Both the position numbers and the translations under genes were made by a program. A stretch of DNA of 64,000 nt from a virus: IMG/VR virus record IMGVR_UViG_3300028831_000378, positions 1 through 64,000 of that record. The stretch is one strand, 5' to 3'. Below the pieces are notes generated by a model. That model did not search any database and was not told where the DNA came from. It worked only from the letters and a program-made list of their open reading frames with translations. Positions 41,705-50,027 of this stretch are shown in pieces. The number at the start of each line of letters is the position of its first letter. Position 1 is the stretch's first letter.

Positions 41705-42462
41705 TGGCGGACAGGGGCGAGGGGCTGCGCGTGCGGTTCGCGAAGATCCCGGGGGAGACGCCGGCGGCGGTGCTGAGCCAGCCGCTCTACCTGCCGGCCG
41801 TGCTGGAGGGCTTCGGGTGGACGGAGGAGTTCTCGCACTCGGAGTACGACACGATCAGGGCGGGGCAGTTCTCGCAGCCGGCGATGGGGCCGGTGACGGC
41901 GCGGCGTCTGCGCGTCGTCGATGACATGGAAGCGCTGACGATGACGTGGGATCCGGCGTGGCTGGTGGAGGAGGGCGTCGATCCTGACGACGTGCACGAC
42001 GAGCTGTTCGCGGCTGGCCGGTCACGCAAGCCTGTCGAGCTGCTGGCGTCGCTGAAGCTGAACGAGGTGCCGCTGCTGCGAATGGCGATCACGATCCGGT
42101 CGATCGGGTTGCAGCTTCGCCGCGGGCAGCCGGACACGCTGTACTACTCGCTGAAGTTCTCGGAGTGGCGGAACGCGGAGGTTGATCGCAAGGGCACGGG
42201 CTCGGCGCGGCAGGGGTCCACTTCGTCGGGCGGGTCGCTGCCGGCGACGCATAACCTCACGGCGAGCGACACGCTGCATTCGCTGGCGTTGCGCTACTAC
42301 AAGTCGGCTCGGGCGTGGCCGACGATCGCGGAGGCGAACTCGATCACGGGCGTCGGGCAGTCGACGCCGCTGGTGGAGATGGCGCGCTTCAAGGTGGGCT
42401 CGAAGATCAAGATCCCGGCGGACGCGTTCGTGGCGGGAACGGGGACGGCAGCTCGTGGCTAG
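41704..42462 (+). CDS. LysM-domain tail protein (XkdP-like)
   Basis: C-terminal HNLTASDTLHSLALRYYKSARAWPTIAEANSI...KIKIP is a LysM domain. Confidence 0.75.
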   Translation: MADRGEGLRVRFAKIPGETPAAVLSQPLYLPAVLEGFGWTEEFSHSEYDTIRAGQFSQPAMGPVTARRLRVVDDMEALTMTWDPAWLVEEGVDPDDVHDELFAAGRSRKPVELLASLKLNEVPLLRMAITIRSIGLQLRRGQPDTLYYSLKFSEWRNAEVDRKGTGSARQGSTSSGGSLPATHNLTASDTLHSLALRYYKSARAWPTIAEANSITGVGQSTPLVEMARFKVGSKIKIPADAFVAGTGTAARG

Positions 42463-43690
42463 CACGACGCGGCGAGCGCGGAAGGACAGGACGGGCCGCG
42501 ATCAGCGCGCGCGGTCGGCGACGGCGCGGGCGCGGCGCCCGAACCTCGTGAAGCTCTACGGCCGGCAGCTCCCGCCGGTCACGCCGGGCGAGTTCGAGTT
42601 CGAGCTGACGCTGCTGCGGGGCCGCGGGATCTCGTCGCTGGCGCTCGACGACGCGGTGACGTCGTTCGGGTGGAATGACTCGGAGACGATGATGTCCGGC
42701 GACGTGACGCTGCGCCGACCGGATCCGTCGACAGCGAAGGATCTGCCGATCGGGCGCGGCCACAAGATCCGGTGTCGCGTGAAGTGGGCGGGCCGCTGGT
42801 ATGAGCTGTGGACGATGCGTTGCGACGCGCCGACGATCACGGTCGAGACGGGCGAGATCGTGGTGGCGCTGAAGGACGATATGGCGCTCGTGCGGATGGG
42901 TGCGCAGCGGATGCTGTACCGGCGCTCGAAGCGCCGGCCGCATGGCTACTTCGGGCACGAGATGCTGCGCGCGGAGGCGCGTAAGCAGGGGATCCGGCTG
43001 GGCGCCATCGCGAAGTGCACGAAGCGGATCGCGAAGGTCGACGTCCGCGGGTCGTTTCTGGATCTCGCGGTGAAGGTCTACGGGATCGAGCACTCGCGGA
43101 CGGGCCGGAAGTTCGTGCTGCGGATGCGCGACGGGAAGTTCGAGGTGGTGCCGTACAAGCGCAATCAGACGATCTACGTGCTGGCCGCACAGATCCGGTC
43201 GGCGGTGATCGAGCAAACGCCGAAGGTCGAGATCCCGGCGACGGTGCTGAAGGGTCGCGGTCGGGTGGGGAAGGGCACGAAGGCGACGACGGTGCGCTAC
43301 ACGGCGCAGAATCGGTCAATGGTCGCGCGGTTCGGGCACGTCGAGCGGACCCGCAACTACGGGCACGTCGACTCGGCGGGTGATCTTCGCGGGCGGGTGC
43401 AGCGCGACCTGGCGAAGCAATACAAGGTCGATCGCGTGGTCACGGTGGAGCATCAGGGCATACCGTTCATCCGTCGCGGCGACGGCGCGCAGGCCGTGCT
43501 CGCGTCGGAGGGGATCGAGGGTGAGGACTCGTTCGTCTACTGCACCGGCGCGCGCCATCAGGTGCAGGGCGCGACGTACACGGCGACGTACACGTTCACG
43601 TTCGACGATCCGTTCGAGAAAGACCGCGAGGCGCGCGAGAAAGCGGCGCGCGCGAAGGCGCGTCGAGCGCACGCGAAGAGGGATGGCTGA
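42455..43690 (+). CDS. baseplate hub / late control D-like protein (XkdQ-like)
   Basis: Position follows the LysM protein. The start is GTG 42455 or GTG 42548 (uncertain). Confidence 0.6.
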   Translation: MASTTRRARKDRTGRDQRARSATARARRPNLVKLYGRQLPPVTPGEFEFELTLLRGRGISSLALDDAVTSFGWNDSETMMSGDVTLRRPDPSTAKDLPIGRGHKIRCRVKWAGRWYELWTMRCDAPTITVETGEIVVALKDDMALVRMGAQRMLYRRSKRRPHGYFGHEMLRAEARKQGIRLGAIAKCTKRIAKVDVRGSFLDLAVKVYGIEHSRTGRKFVLRMRDGKFEVVPYKRNQTIYVLAAQIRSAVIEQTPKVEIPATVLKGRGRVGKGTKATTVRYTAQNRSMVARFGHVERTRNYGHVDSAGDLRGRVQRDLAKQYKVDRVVTVEHQGIPFIRRGDGAQAVLASEGIEGEDSFVYCTGARHQVQGATYTATYTFTFDDPFEKDREAREKAARAKARRAHAKRDG

Positions 43691-44040
43691 TGGCGGTCCG
43701 CTATGACCCGTACGAGACGCGGGCCGAGCGCGCGTTCCCGAAGGCGCAGGAGCTACTGGCCGGCGTGCCGTTGCGGTCGCTGGGACTGATGACGGTCGGG
43801 TGGCACGACACGCAGACGCATCCGAAGGCGGGGTCGTTCGCGGTCGTCGCTGACGGGGCGGGCCTGGATGACCTGATCGGTGAGGTGCTGCGGTTCTCGC
43901 GTGGTGAACGGGAGGTCTTCGCGCTGGTGTTCGCGGCGCGGGCGGTCCCGACGTCGCTGTCGCTCGCGCGCCGCGCGTTCATCGGGATAGCGTTGCCGGC
44001 GCTGGAGACGATCGAGCTGACGGTGGAGGTGATCTCGTGA
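43690..44040 (+). CDS. baseplate-module hypothetical protein
   Basis: TGATG coupling. Lies within the baseplate block. Confidence 0.55.
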   Translation: MAVRYDPYETRAERAFPKAQELLAGVPLRSLGLMTVGWHDTQTHPKAGSFAVVADGAGLDDLIGEVLRFSRGEREVFALVFAARAVPTSLSLARRAFIGIALPALETIELTVEVIS

Positions 44041-44315
44041 CGGTGTACGACGAGCTGGCGGAAGCCATCCGCGACATCGCTCGCGGTGAGGCGCGCACGG
44101 TGTCTCCGCCCGTCGAGCGGTGGAAGGTGACGATTGCCGATCCGCTGACGATCGAGCGTGTCGGCGGCGATGGCGATCTCGTGCTCGAAGAGGGTGATCC
44201 TGATGTCGAGATCGACCGGGCGGTGCTCGACGAGCGGCCGGCGGTCGGCGATCTCGTACGTGTCCATCACGACGGCGAGGACTGGATCGTGGCGGGGGTG
44301 ATCTCGCATGGCTGA
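44037..44315 (+). CDS. XkdR/DUF2577-like baseplate protein
   Basis: GTGA overlap. 92 aa ending GDLVRVHHDGEDWIVAGVI. Confidence 0.55.
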   Translation: MTVYDELAEAIRDIARGEARTVSPPVERWKVTIADPLTIERVGGDGDLVLEEGDPDVEIDRAVLDERPAVGDLVRVHHDGEDWIVAGVISHG

Positions 44316-44841
44316 CGAGATCGAGCTGCTGCCGGCGGAGGATGACGTCGCTCCGAGCGCGGAGGAGGAGCTGAACGCGGCGGTGGCGTCCGCGCTCGTC
44401 GACCCGGAGGCGCCGGTCGCGGTCGCGGCGGAGACGGCGGATCCCACGGGGTACTCGTGGGCGTTTGACTTCGAGGCGGGCCGGTTCATCAGGCAGGGCG
44501 GCTCGCCGGCGCGCGTGACGGGCTTCGAGCCGCTGAAGCAACGCGTGATGATGGCCCTGAACTCGGCGCGGTATGCACACACGGTCTTCAGCAGGTCGTT
44601 CGGGGTGAGCCGGCCGGCGCTCGGGATCGGTGACGCCGGGGTCGACGCGCAGATCGCGGCGGACGACTGGCGGGTGCAGATCCGCGAGGCGCTGCTCGTC
44701 GATGACGAGATCGCGGACGTCGCTGTGCGCGTGGCGTATGACCCGCTGGAGGGCGCGCTGTCGCTGACGTCGTTCGTGATCACGACGAACGAGGACGTCG
44801 AGCTGCCATTCGATGACATCCGGATCACGGTGGAGGACTAG
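44308..44841 (+). CDS. XkdS/DUF2634-like (gp25/W-like) baseplate wedge protein
   Basis: YSWAFDFEAGRF...LKQRVMMALNSARYAHTVFSRSFG pattern. Confidence 0.6.
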   Translation: MADEIELLPAEDDVAPSAEEELNAAVASALVDPEAPVAVAAETADPTGYSWAFDFEAGRFIRQGGSPARVTGFEPLKQRVMMALNSARYAHTVFSRSFGVSRPALGIGDAGVDAQIAADDWRVQIREALLVDDEIADVAVRVAYDPLEGALSLTSFVITTNEDVELPFDDIRITVED

Positions 44842-46368
44842 ATGGCCGATGACGCTCTGAACTTCCTGCCGCTGTATCCCGGGGATGACGAGGAGACGAT
44901 CCTCACGCGCGCCATCGCGGCCGCGAACGAAGGGCTCGATCCGGCTGTCGACGTGGACGTGTGGGTGGACACGCGGGAGGGCGGGCATTGGCGAACGTGC
45001 GTGATGCCGATGGTCCGCGAGTTCGCGCGGTTCTATGACTCGCTCGGGACTGAAGTGGTGATGGCGGGGTTCCCGGTGTGGGCGTGGGGACCGTATCTCG
45101 ACGATCACGCGGAGGTGCAGGACATCGTTCGCCTCGCGGCGACGCCGGCGGATGGCGTGGCGGTGTTCGCGGGGCCAGCGGCGACGGTGATCGCGGCGGG
45201 GACGACGGTGGGTGTCGCGCCGGTGAACCCGGACGACGAGGTGCCGGAGTTTGAGGTGCTGGTGGGCGGCACGATCCCGGCCGCGGCGTCGGCGCCGGCG
45301 AGCCCGAGTGCGACGGGCTCGACGGGCGGCGGGACGCTGGCGGCCAGCTCTGACTACGCGTACAGGGTCACGGCGATCGACGCTGCCGGCGAGACGCTGC
45401 CGGGCACGGAGCAGGTCGGGACGGTCCCGGGCGGCGGGCCGGGGAAGATCACGGTGGCGTGGTCTGCGGTCGCGACGGCGACGGGCTACCGGATCTATCG
45501 AGCGGACTCCGCGGGTGGCACGTACGGGCGCCTGGTGGAGGTCACGGGCGCCACGAGCTATGTCGACACGGGCGCTGCGACGCCGAACACGGGGCTCGGG
45601 TTGCCGGGCGGCAACACGACGGGCGGGAAGAAGGCGCTGGCGATCCGTGCGACGGAGGCCGGTGTCGCCGGCAAGGTCGCGGCGAACGCGATCACGGAGT
45701 TCTCGTCTCCGCCGCCGGCGGGGACGACGGTCACGAATCCGGCGGCGACGACGGGTGGCACGGAGGCCGAGACGGACGAGGCGTTGCGCGAGCGCGTGCT
45801 CGGCGCTTTCCAGGGGCAGGGCGCCGGTAACAAGCGCGACTATCAGCGCTGGGGCCGCGATTGGGCGGGCGTGGGCCGCGTGACGGTGATCCCGCTGTGG
45901 AATGGTCCGGGGACGGTGAAGCTGATCATCACGACGGCGGAGGGCGATCCGGTGTCGGCGGCGACGGTCGCGGGCCTTCAGGCCGATCTCGATCCGGTGC
46001 CCGGCGCCGCGGAGGGCCGCGCGCCGGTCGGCGCGATCGTGACGGTCACGACGGCCACGACACGCTCGATCGAGATCGAGGCGACGGTGGAGCTGGAGCC
46101 CGGCTACTCGCTGGACGGGTTTGGTGGCGCGGTCGCGTTGCGGCAGGACATCGTGTCGGCGCTGCGTGACTACGTGGAGCGCGTGGAGGCTGGCGGCGAG
46201 ATCGTGGTGTCGCAGCTCGTCGGGCGGATCGTCGGCGTCGTCGGCGTGCATGACGCGACGGTCGACGAGCTGGAGGGCGTCGGGCCGGCCGTGAACGTGA
46301 CGATCTCGTCGGATCCGGCGCAGGTGCCGGTGCTCGCCGATCCGGTGCTGACGGAGGGCGTGCTGTAG
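44842..46368 (+). CDS. baseplate J-like protein (XkdT-like) with FN3-like insertion
   Basis: 508 aa in the conserved position. Insertion YAYRVTAIDAAGETLPG...ITVAWSAVATATGYRIYRADSAGGTY. Confidence 0.7.
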   Translation: MADDALNFLPLYPGDDEETILTRAIAAANEGLDPAVDVDVWVDTREGGHWRTCVMPMVREFARFYDSLGTEVVMAGFPVWAWGPYLDDHAEVQDIVRLAATPADGVAVFAGPAATVIAAGTTVGVAPVNPDDEVPEFEVLVGGTIPAAASAPASPSATGSTGGGTLAASSDYAYRVTAIDAAGETLPGTEQVGTVPGGGPGKITVAWSAVATATGYRIYRADSAGGTYGRLVEVTGATSYVDTGAATPNTGLGLPGGNTTGGKKALAIRATEAGVAGKVAANAITEFSSPPPAGTTVTNPAATTGGTEAETDEALRERVLGAFQGQGAGNKRDYQRWGRDWAGVGRVTVIPLWNGPGTVKLIITTAEGDPVSAATVAGLQADLDPVPGAAEGRAPVGAIVTVTTATTRSIEIEATVELEPGYSLDGFGGAVALRQDIVSALRDYVERVEAGGEIVVSQLVGRIVGVVGVHDATVDELEGVGPAVNVTISSDPAQVPVLADPVLTEGVL

Positions 46369-46920
46369 ATGGACGAGCGTGTCCTGACGGAGCGCGGCGA
46401 GGTGTGGCGGTCGTGGCTGCCGGTCGTGCTGCGCGACTCGCCTGATCATCTCGCGGTGATCCATGCGTGCGCTGTGGAGATGGATCGGCTGGAGGCTGCG
46501 ATCGACGAGGTGCGCCGGCAGTTCTTCCCGCAGCACGCCGATGTGCTGCTGAAGGTGTGGGAGTTCATGCTGCGCATCACGGTCGAGCCGGAGGGCGTGA
46601 CGATCGACGAGCGCCGCGAGATCGTGCTCGCGACGTTGCGGCGGATGCGCTCGACGCCGGAGGGCCGCGATTGGGTGGACAACGTGACGGCGCTCGTCGG
46701 GCCGGGCTGGATCTATGAGGAGCACAATCCCGCGGATCCGGGCTCGCCGCCGGCGAACACGATTCAGATCACGCTGCCGTTCCCGCCGGACTCGGCGTCG
46801 TACACGCGGGCGGAGTCGCTGATTCAGGACATCACGCCGGCGCATCTCGACGTTGTGCTGACGTACACGGATGGATTCCTGCTGGACGAGTCGCAGCTCG
46901 ATCAGGAGCTATTGCAGTAG
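46369..46920 (+). CDS. XkdU/DUF2313-like (gpI-like) tail protein
   Basis: ATG immediately after TAG. 183 aa. RQFFPQHADVLLKVWEFMLRI pattern. Confidence 0.6.
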   Translation: MDERVLTERGEVWRSWLPVVLRDSPDHLAVIHACAVEMDRLEAAIDEVRRQFFPQHADVLLKVWEFMLRITVEPEGVTIDERREIVLATLRRMRSTPEGRDWVDNVTALVGPGWIYEEHNPADPGSPPANTIQITLPFPPDSASYTRAESLIQDITPAHLDVVLTYTDGFLLDESQLDQELLQ

Positions 46921-46946
46921 GCTCCCGGTCAACGGGGACGGGCTAA

Positions 46947-46982
46947 GAGCGGCCCGCAGCGCTTCGAGCGGGCGGGCCGCTC
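46947..46982 (+). terminator. stem-loop terminator
   Basis: 11-bp perfect stem GAGCGGCCCGC / GCGGGCCGCTC with a 14-nt loop, followed by ccGTGTGTG. Confidence 0.5.
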
Positions 46983-46991
46983 CCGTGTGTG

Positions 46992-47019
46992 GGTATCGGC
47001 GCGCGGGCGGACCTAGACT
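46992..47019 (+). promoter_or_regulatory. late-type promoter, copy 4 (fibre/lysis operon)
   Basis: GGTATCGG at 46992-46999. ATC, then 16 nt, then TAGACT at 47014-47019. GTG 47026 lies 6 nt downstream. Confidence 0.55.
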
Positions 47020-47025
47020 CGTCGC

Positions 47026-48525
47026 GTGCTTCAGCAGGAGCCTTTCTCGCGCGACGAGGTGCTGCCGAGCTGGTTTATGAACCGGCTACAGGACCGGATT
47101 GCGCCGCTGACGCAGTTCCGTCTCGATCTGTCGTCTGCGACGACGGTGCGCGCCAACGCCGGCGCGAACGACGAGGCGATGGTGCTGAACGTCGCGGGGA
47201 ACTGGCGGAAGGCGGAGTCGGCGGTGACGCGCGCGCATCCGGGAGGCTCGGCGGGGACGTATCTGGTTTTCGTTACGGCGAAGGCGCAGTCGATCAGTAG
47301 CTCGCCGCTGCCGAACACCGATAACACGGACTACACGTTCGCGTTGGCGATCGTGGCGAACGGGTCGACGCCGACGATCGTGGCGGGCACGGTCGACATC
47401 TACCGGCGCGTGGGGCGCCTGACGTGGGATGGCTCGGCGATCACGGCGCTTGTGCAGGAGGTCGGGTCGGTCGTCGGCGCGCAACTCGACGATGCGGCGA
47501 TCGTGTCCGGTGGTGTCACGGCGACGCGGCAGGCGGGCGGGGGATTCCTGCTCGAAGTGGCGTCGGGCGCAGTCACGGCCGCGAAGGTAGCGGCGTCGCT
47601 GAAGCCTTCGGGCTCGGCGGCGGCCGGCGACGAGGCGCTGCGCGCGCTCGGGACGTCGAGCAGCACGGCGGCCGCGGGGAACGATGCGCGGTTCCCGGCT
47701 GGCGCGGACATCGTGGCCGGCGACATCGCGGCGTCGCTGAAGCCGTCCGGGACAGCGGCCGCGGCCGACGAGGCGTTGCGTGCGCTGGGGACGGCGGCCG
47801 GGACGGCGGCGGCCGGGAACGATTCGCGGCTGAGCGATGCGCGCGCGCCATCGGGAGCTGCCGGCGGCGAACTGCTGGGCACCTATCCGAACCCGACGCT
47901 CGGCGGCGCCATCGCGTCCGGGCGGGTGCTGACGTGGAACGGCGACACGGCGCTGAGCCGGGTGGCGGCCGGTCGCTTCGGGATGCCGGGGCTCGACTTG
48001 ACGGGCTCGCTGGGCGTGCCGGTCGTGACGGCATTCCCTGGCTCTCCGTACACCGGGCAGGTCGTGCATTTCCAGACGGCAGCTATGGCGACAGCAAAGC
48101 TGCTTTGGGTGTTCCGCTACTCGGGCTCTGACTGGATCTTTGAGGGTGGCTGTGAGTGGTTCGCGGAGGACATGACGACGCGTACGATCTTCACGACGTC
48201 GTATGCGGCGATCTCCGGGGGGCCGACGATCACCGTGCCGCATGCCGGCGACTTTCTCGTGCGCGCGGAGGGCCGGCAGATCACGTTTGGGGCGTCGCCG
48301 GCGTACAACTTCATGTCGCCTGGCTACTCGGGCCTGACGCTCTCGGACACGGACACCTCGCTGGTGATGGACAACGGCAACGGGCAGCAGGCGACGGTGA
48401 CGCGACGTTTTACGGGCGTCCCGGTAAGCACGGTCATAGGTGTATGGGGTCGCATCGGCGGCGCGGGCGGGCAGGGCTCTTACTCGCAGATGCGGCTGAT
48501 GGTGAAGCCGATCCGCGCGACGTAG
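47026..48525 (+). CDS. tail fibre protein
   Basis: 499 aa after the baseplate genes. Internal duplication ASLKPSG(S/T)AAA(G/A)DEALRALGT...TAAAGND(A/S)R. Confidence 0.7.
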   Translation: MLQQEPFSRDEVLPSWFMNRLQDRIAPLTQFRLDLSSATTVRANAGANDEAMVLNVAGNWRKAESAVTRAHPGGSAGTYLVFVTAKAQSISSSPLPNTDNTDYTFALAIVANGSTPTIVAGTVDIYRRVGRLTWDGSAITALVQEVGSVVGAQLDDAAIVSGGVTATRQAGGGFLLEVASGAVTAAKVAASLKPSGSAAAGDEALRALGTSSSTAAAGNDARFPAGADIVAGDIAASLKPSGTAAAADEALRALGTAAGTAAAGNDSRLSDARAPSGAAGGELLGTYPNPTLGGAIASGRVLTWNGDTALSRVAAGRFGMPGLDLTGSLGVPVVTAFPGSPYTGQVVHFQTAAMATAKLLWVFRYSGSDWIFEGGCEWFAEDMTTRTIFTTSYAAISGGPTITVPHAGDFLVRAEGRQITFGASPAYNFMSPGYSGLTLSDTDTSLVMDNGNGQQATVTRRFTGVPVSTVIGVWGRIGGAGGQGSYSQMRLMVKPIRAT

Positions 48526-48549
48526 GTAGCCTTCGAGGGTGTCGATGAA

Positions 48550-49344
48550 ATGCGAGGAGGCGATGGCGTGGATCTAAGGGTGCTGCATCGCGGGGGGCGT
48601 AGCGAGGCGGCGCGCAGGGTGCAGGTCGCGGTGAACCGCCGGCTGCATTACTGCGGGCTCGATTCGCTGGCGGTCAAGACGGACGGGGTGGTGGGGCCGG
48701 CGACGCTGCTGGCGGTGCGGAAGGCGGCGTGGTCGCTCGGCGCGATGAAGAGCACGCTGGACAAGATCGTCTCGCAGGGCGAGGTGCCGATCGGCGTGCA
48801 GCGCATGATCCTGAGCCCGGGGAAGCGCACGGATCGGCAGAAGTCGCTCGGGAAGCGCCGGGTAGCGGCGATGCGCGCGATGCGCAAGCGGCGTGTTCGC
48901 GACGCCGGGTCGGAGTCGGCGAAGCGCCGTGCGATCTGCTCGCGCGCCAAGCAGGCGGCCGCGAACTACCGTCGCGAGCCGGCGGCCTATCACTACCTGG
49001 CGGGCGGCACGGCGAACACGGTCTATCTGCGCCCGACGCCGCGGCATTGGCGCTCGGACTGCTCGCAGTTCGCGGCGGCGGTCTACAAGGACGCCGGCCT
49101 GCCATCGCCCGGGGACGTCTCGTACGAGTGGGTGAACACGTGGGCGATCGACCGTAAGGGTCGCGTGACGAAGCATCCGAAGCCGGGTGATCTCGGGCTC
49201 TACGGGCCGAAGGGCAACCCGCATCACGTGGAGGTCTACATCGGCGAGCCGGGCTGCATGTTCATCGGGCATGGCTCGCCGCCGATCGACAGCGTGACGC
49301 CGGGCCTGCCGAGCTATTACGTCACGTTCGACTTTCTGGACTGA
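48550..49344 (+). CDS. endolysin: PG-binding domain plus NlpC/P60 peptidase
   Basis: N-terminal RRVQVAVNRRLHYCGLDSLAVKTDGVVGPATLLAVRKA. C-terminal RSDCSQFAAAVYKDAGL...GDLGLYG...HHVEVYIG (Cys/His). An alternative start is GTG 48568. Confidence 0.75.
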   Translation: MRGGDGVDLRVLHRGGRSEAARRVQVAVNRRLHYCGLDSLAVKTDGVVGPATLLAVRKAAWSLGAMKSTLDKIVSQGEVPIGVQRMILSPGKRTDRQKSLGKRRVAAMRAMRKRRVRDAGSESAKRRAICSRAKQAAANYRREPAAYHYLAGGTANTVYLRPTPRHWRSDCSQFAAAVYKDAGLPSPGDVSYEWVNTWAIDRKGRVTKHPKPGDLGLYGPKGNPHHVEVYIGEPGCMFIGHGSPPIDSVTPGLPSYYVTFDFLD

Positions 49345-49356
49345 GAGGAGTTGGCG

Positions 49357-49578
49357 ATGGGAGACGAGTCGTTCGATCCCGCTGGGGCGCCGGAGGGCTT
49401 CACGCTCGCGGCGGAGGCGGCAAGGCAGGACGAGGCCGCGGCGTCGGGCATCACGGAGCGCGACGCGGTGGAGGAGCCCGACGACGACGCGTTGGATCCC
49501 GCCGACGAGTCCGGTGACGCGGACGACGACGAGGAGGTCGACGACGAGGACGACGACGCGCCGGTGGAGGACGTCTAG
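49357..49578 (+). CDS. highly acidic small protein (73 aa)
   Basis: GAGGAG RBS then ATG 49357. C-terminal DPADESGDADDDEEVDDEDDDAPVEDV. Confidence 0.55.
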   Translation: MGDESFDPAGAPEGFTLAAEAARQDEAAASGITERDAVEEPDDDALDPADESGDADDDEEVDDEDDDAPVEDV

Positions 49579-49839
49579 ATGGGCGTGCTGCGCGGCGATC
49601 GTCCGGATCTGACGCCGGCGCAGCTCGCCGGCGCCGTGCCGGTGCTCGCGAACCTCGCGAACGCGTTCGGGGTCTTCCATCTGAGCGTGCAGCAGACCGA
49701 CTCGCTTCAGCAGACGATCCTCTACGCATCGACGCTCGTCGTCGCGGACGCGGCGGTGCGCTTCGCCCGCAACGCGAAGGACGCGAAGGTGGAGGCGGCG
49801 GGGCTCGCTGTCGCTGCTCGGGTGCCACCGGCGACGTAG
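49579..49839 (+). CDS. hypothetical protein, possible holin or membrane-associated lysis protein
   Basis: ATG directly after TAG. Hydrophobic stretches AGAVPVLANLANAFGVF and ILYASTLVVADAAV. Assigned mainly by position in the lysis cassette. Confidence 0.45.
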   Translation: MGVLRGDRPDLTPAQLAGAVPVLANLANAFGVFHLSVQQTDSLQQTILYASTLVVADAAVRFARNAKDAKVEAAGLAVAARVPPAT

Positions 49840-49871
49840 TTTTCGGGGCGCGGAGGGGGTATCATCGCCCG

Positions 49872-49971
49872 TACGGCCGAGCGATTGCCTCTTCGTGCGA
49901 CTCGGGTAAAGTGGCCGGAGCCACCGCGAAGCCGCACACAAGGGCCGTCCCTCGGGGCGGCCTTTGTTGTT
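49872..49971 (+). ncRNA. candidate ~100-nt small RNA carrying the anti-leader box ACTCGGGTA
   Basis: TATCAT at 49860-49865, then 6 nt, then TAC(GG)CCGAG at 49872-49881. Three stem-loops: TAC..CCGAG/CTCGGGTA (49872-49908), GTGGC-cgga-GCCAC (49911-49924), and the terminator. No RBS or credible ORF. Confidence 0.4.
49941..49971 (+). terminator. intrinsic terminator
   Basis: aGGGCCG-tccctcgggg-CGGCCtt stem followed by TTTGTTGTT. Confidence 0.65.
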
Positions 49972-50027
49972 CCCGGCCGATCAGCGCGTTATCTTCCCGG
50001 GGGTCCGACGTACCCGAGTCGAAGGAG
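49967..50027 (+). promoter_or_regulatory. early-type promoter/operator plus leader, copy 6
   Basis: TTGTTC at 49967-49972 (17-nt spacer). Dyad GATCAG-cgc-GTTATC at 49979-49993. TATCTT at 49990-49995. TACCCGAGT at 50011-50019. GAAGGAG at 50021-50027 and ATG at 50028. Confidence 0.55.

Noticed and set aside
43753-46845. 1030-aa ORF on the minus strand across the baseplate genes.
   Set aside because: Same reasoning as the other antisense ORFs. It is opposite recognisable baseplate genes (XkdS/T/U-like) and its composition is dominated by R, P, H and D repeats.
49911-50027. N-terminal extension of the RecT ORF (the track starts it at 49911).
   Set aside because: The extension would read through an intrinsic terminator (49941-49971) and a full promoter/leader/RBS module. 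ATG 50028, directly after GAAGGAG, is the credible start.
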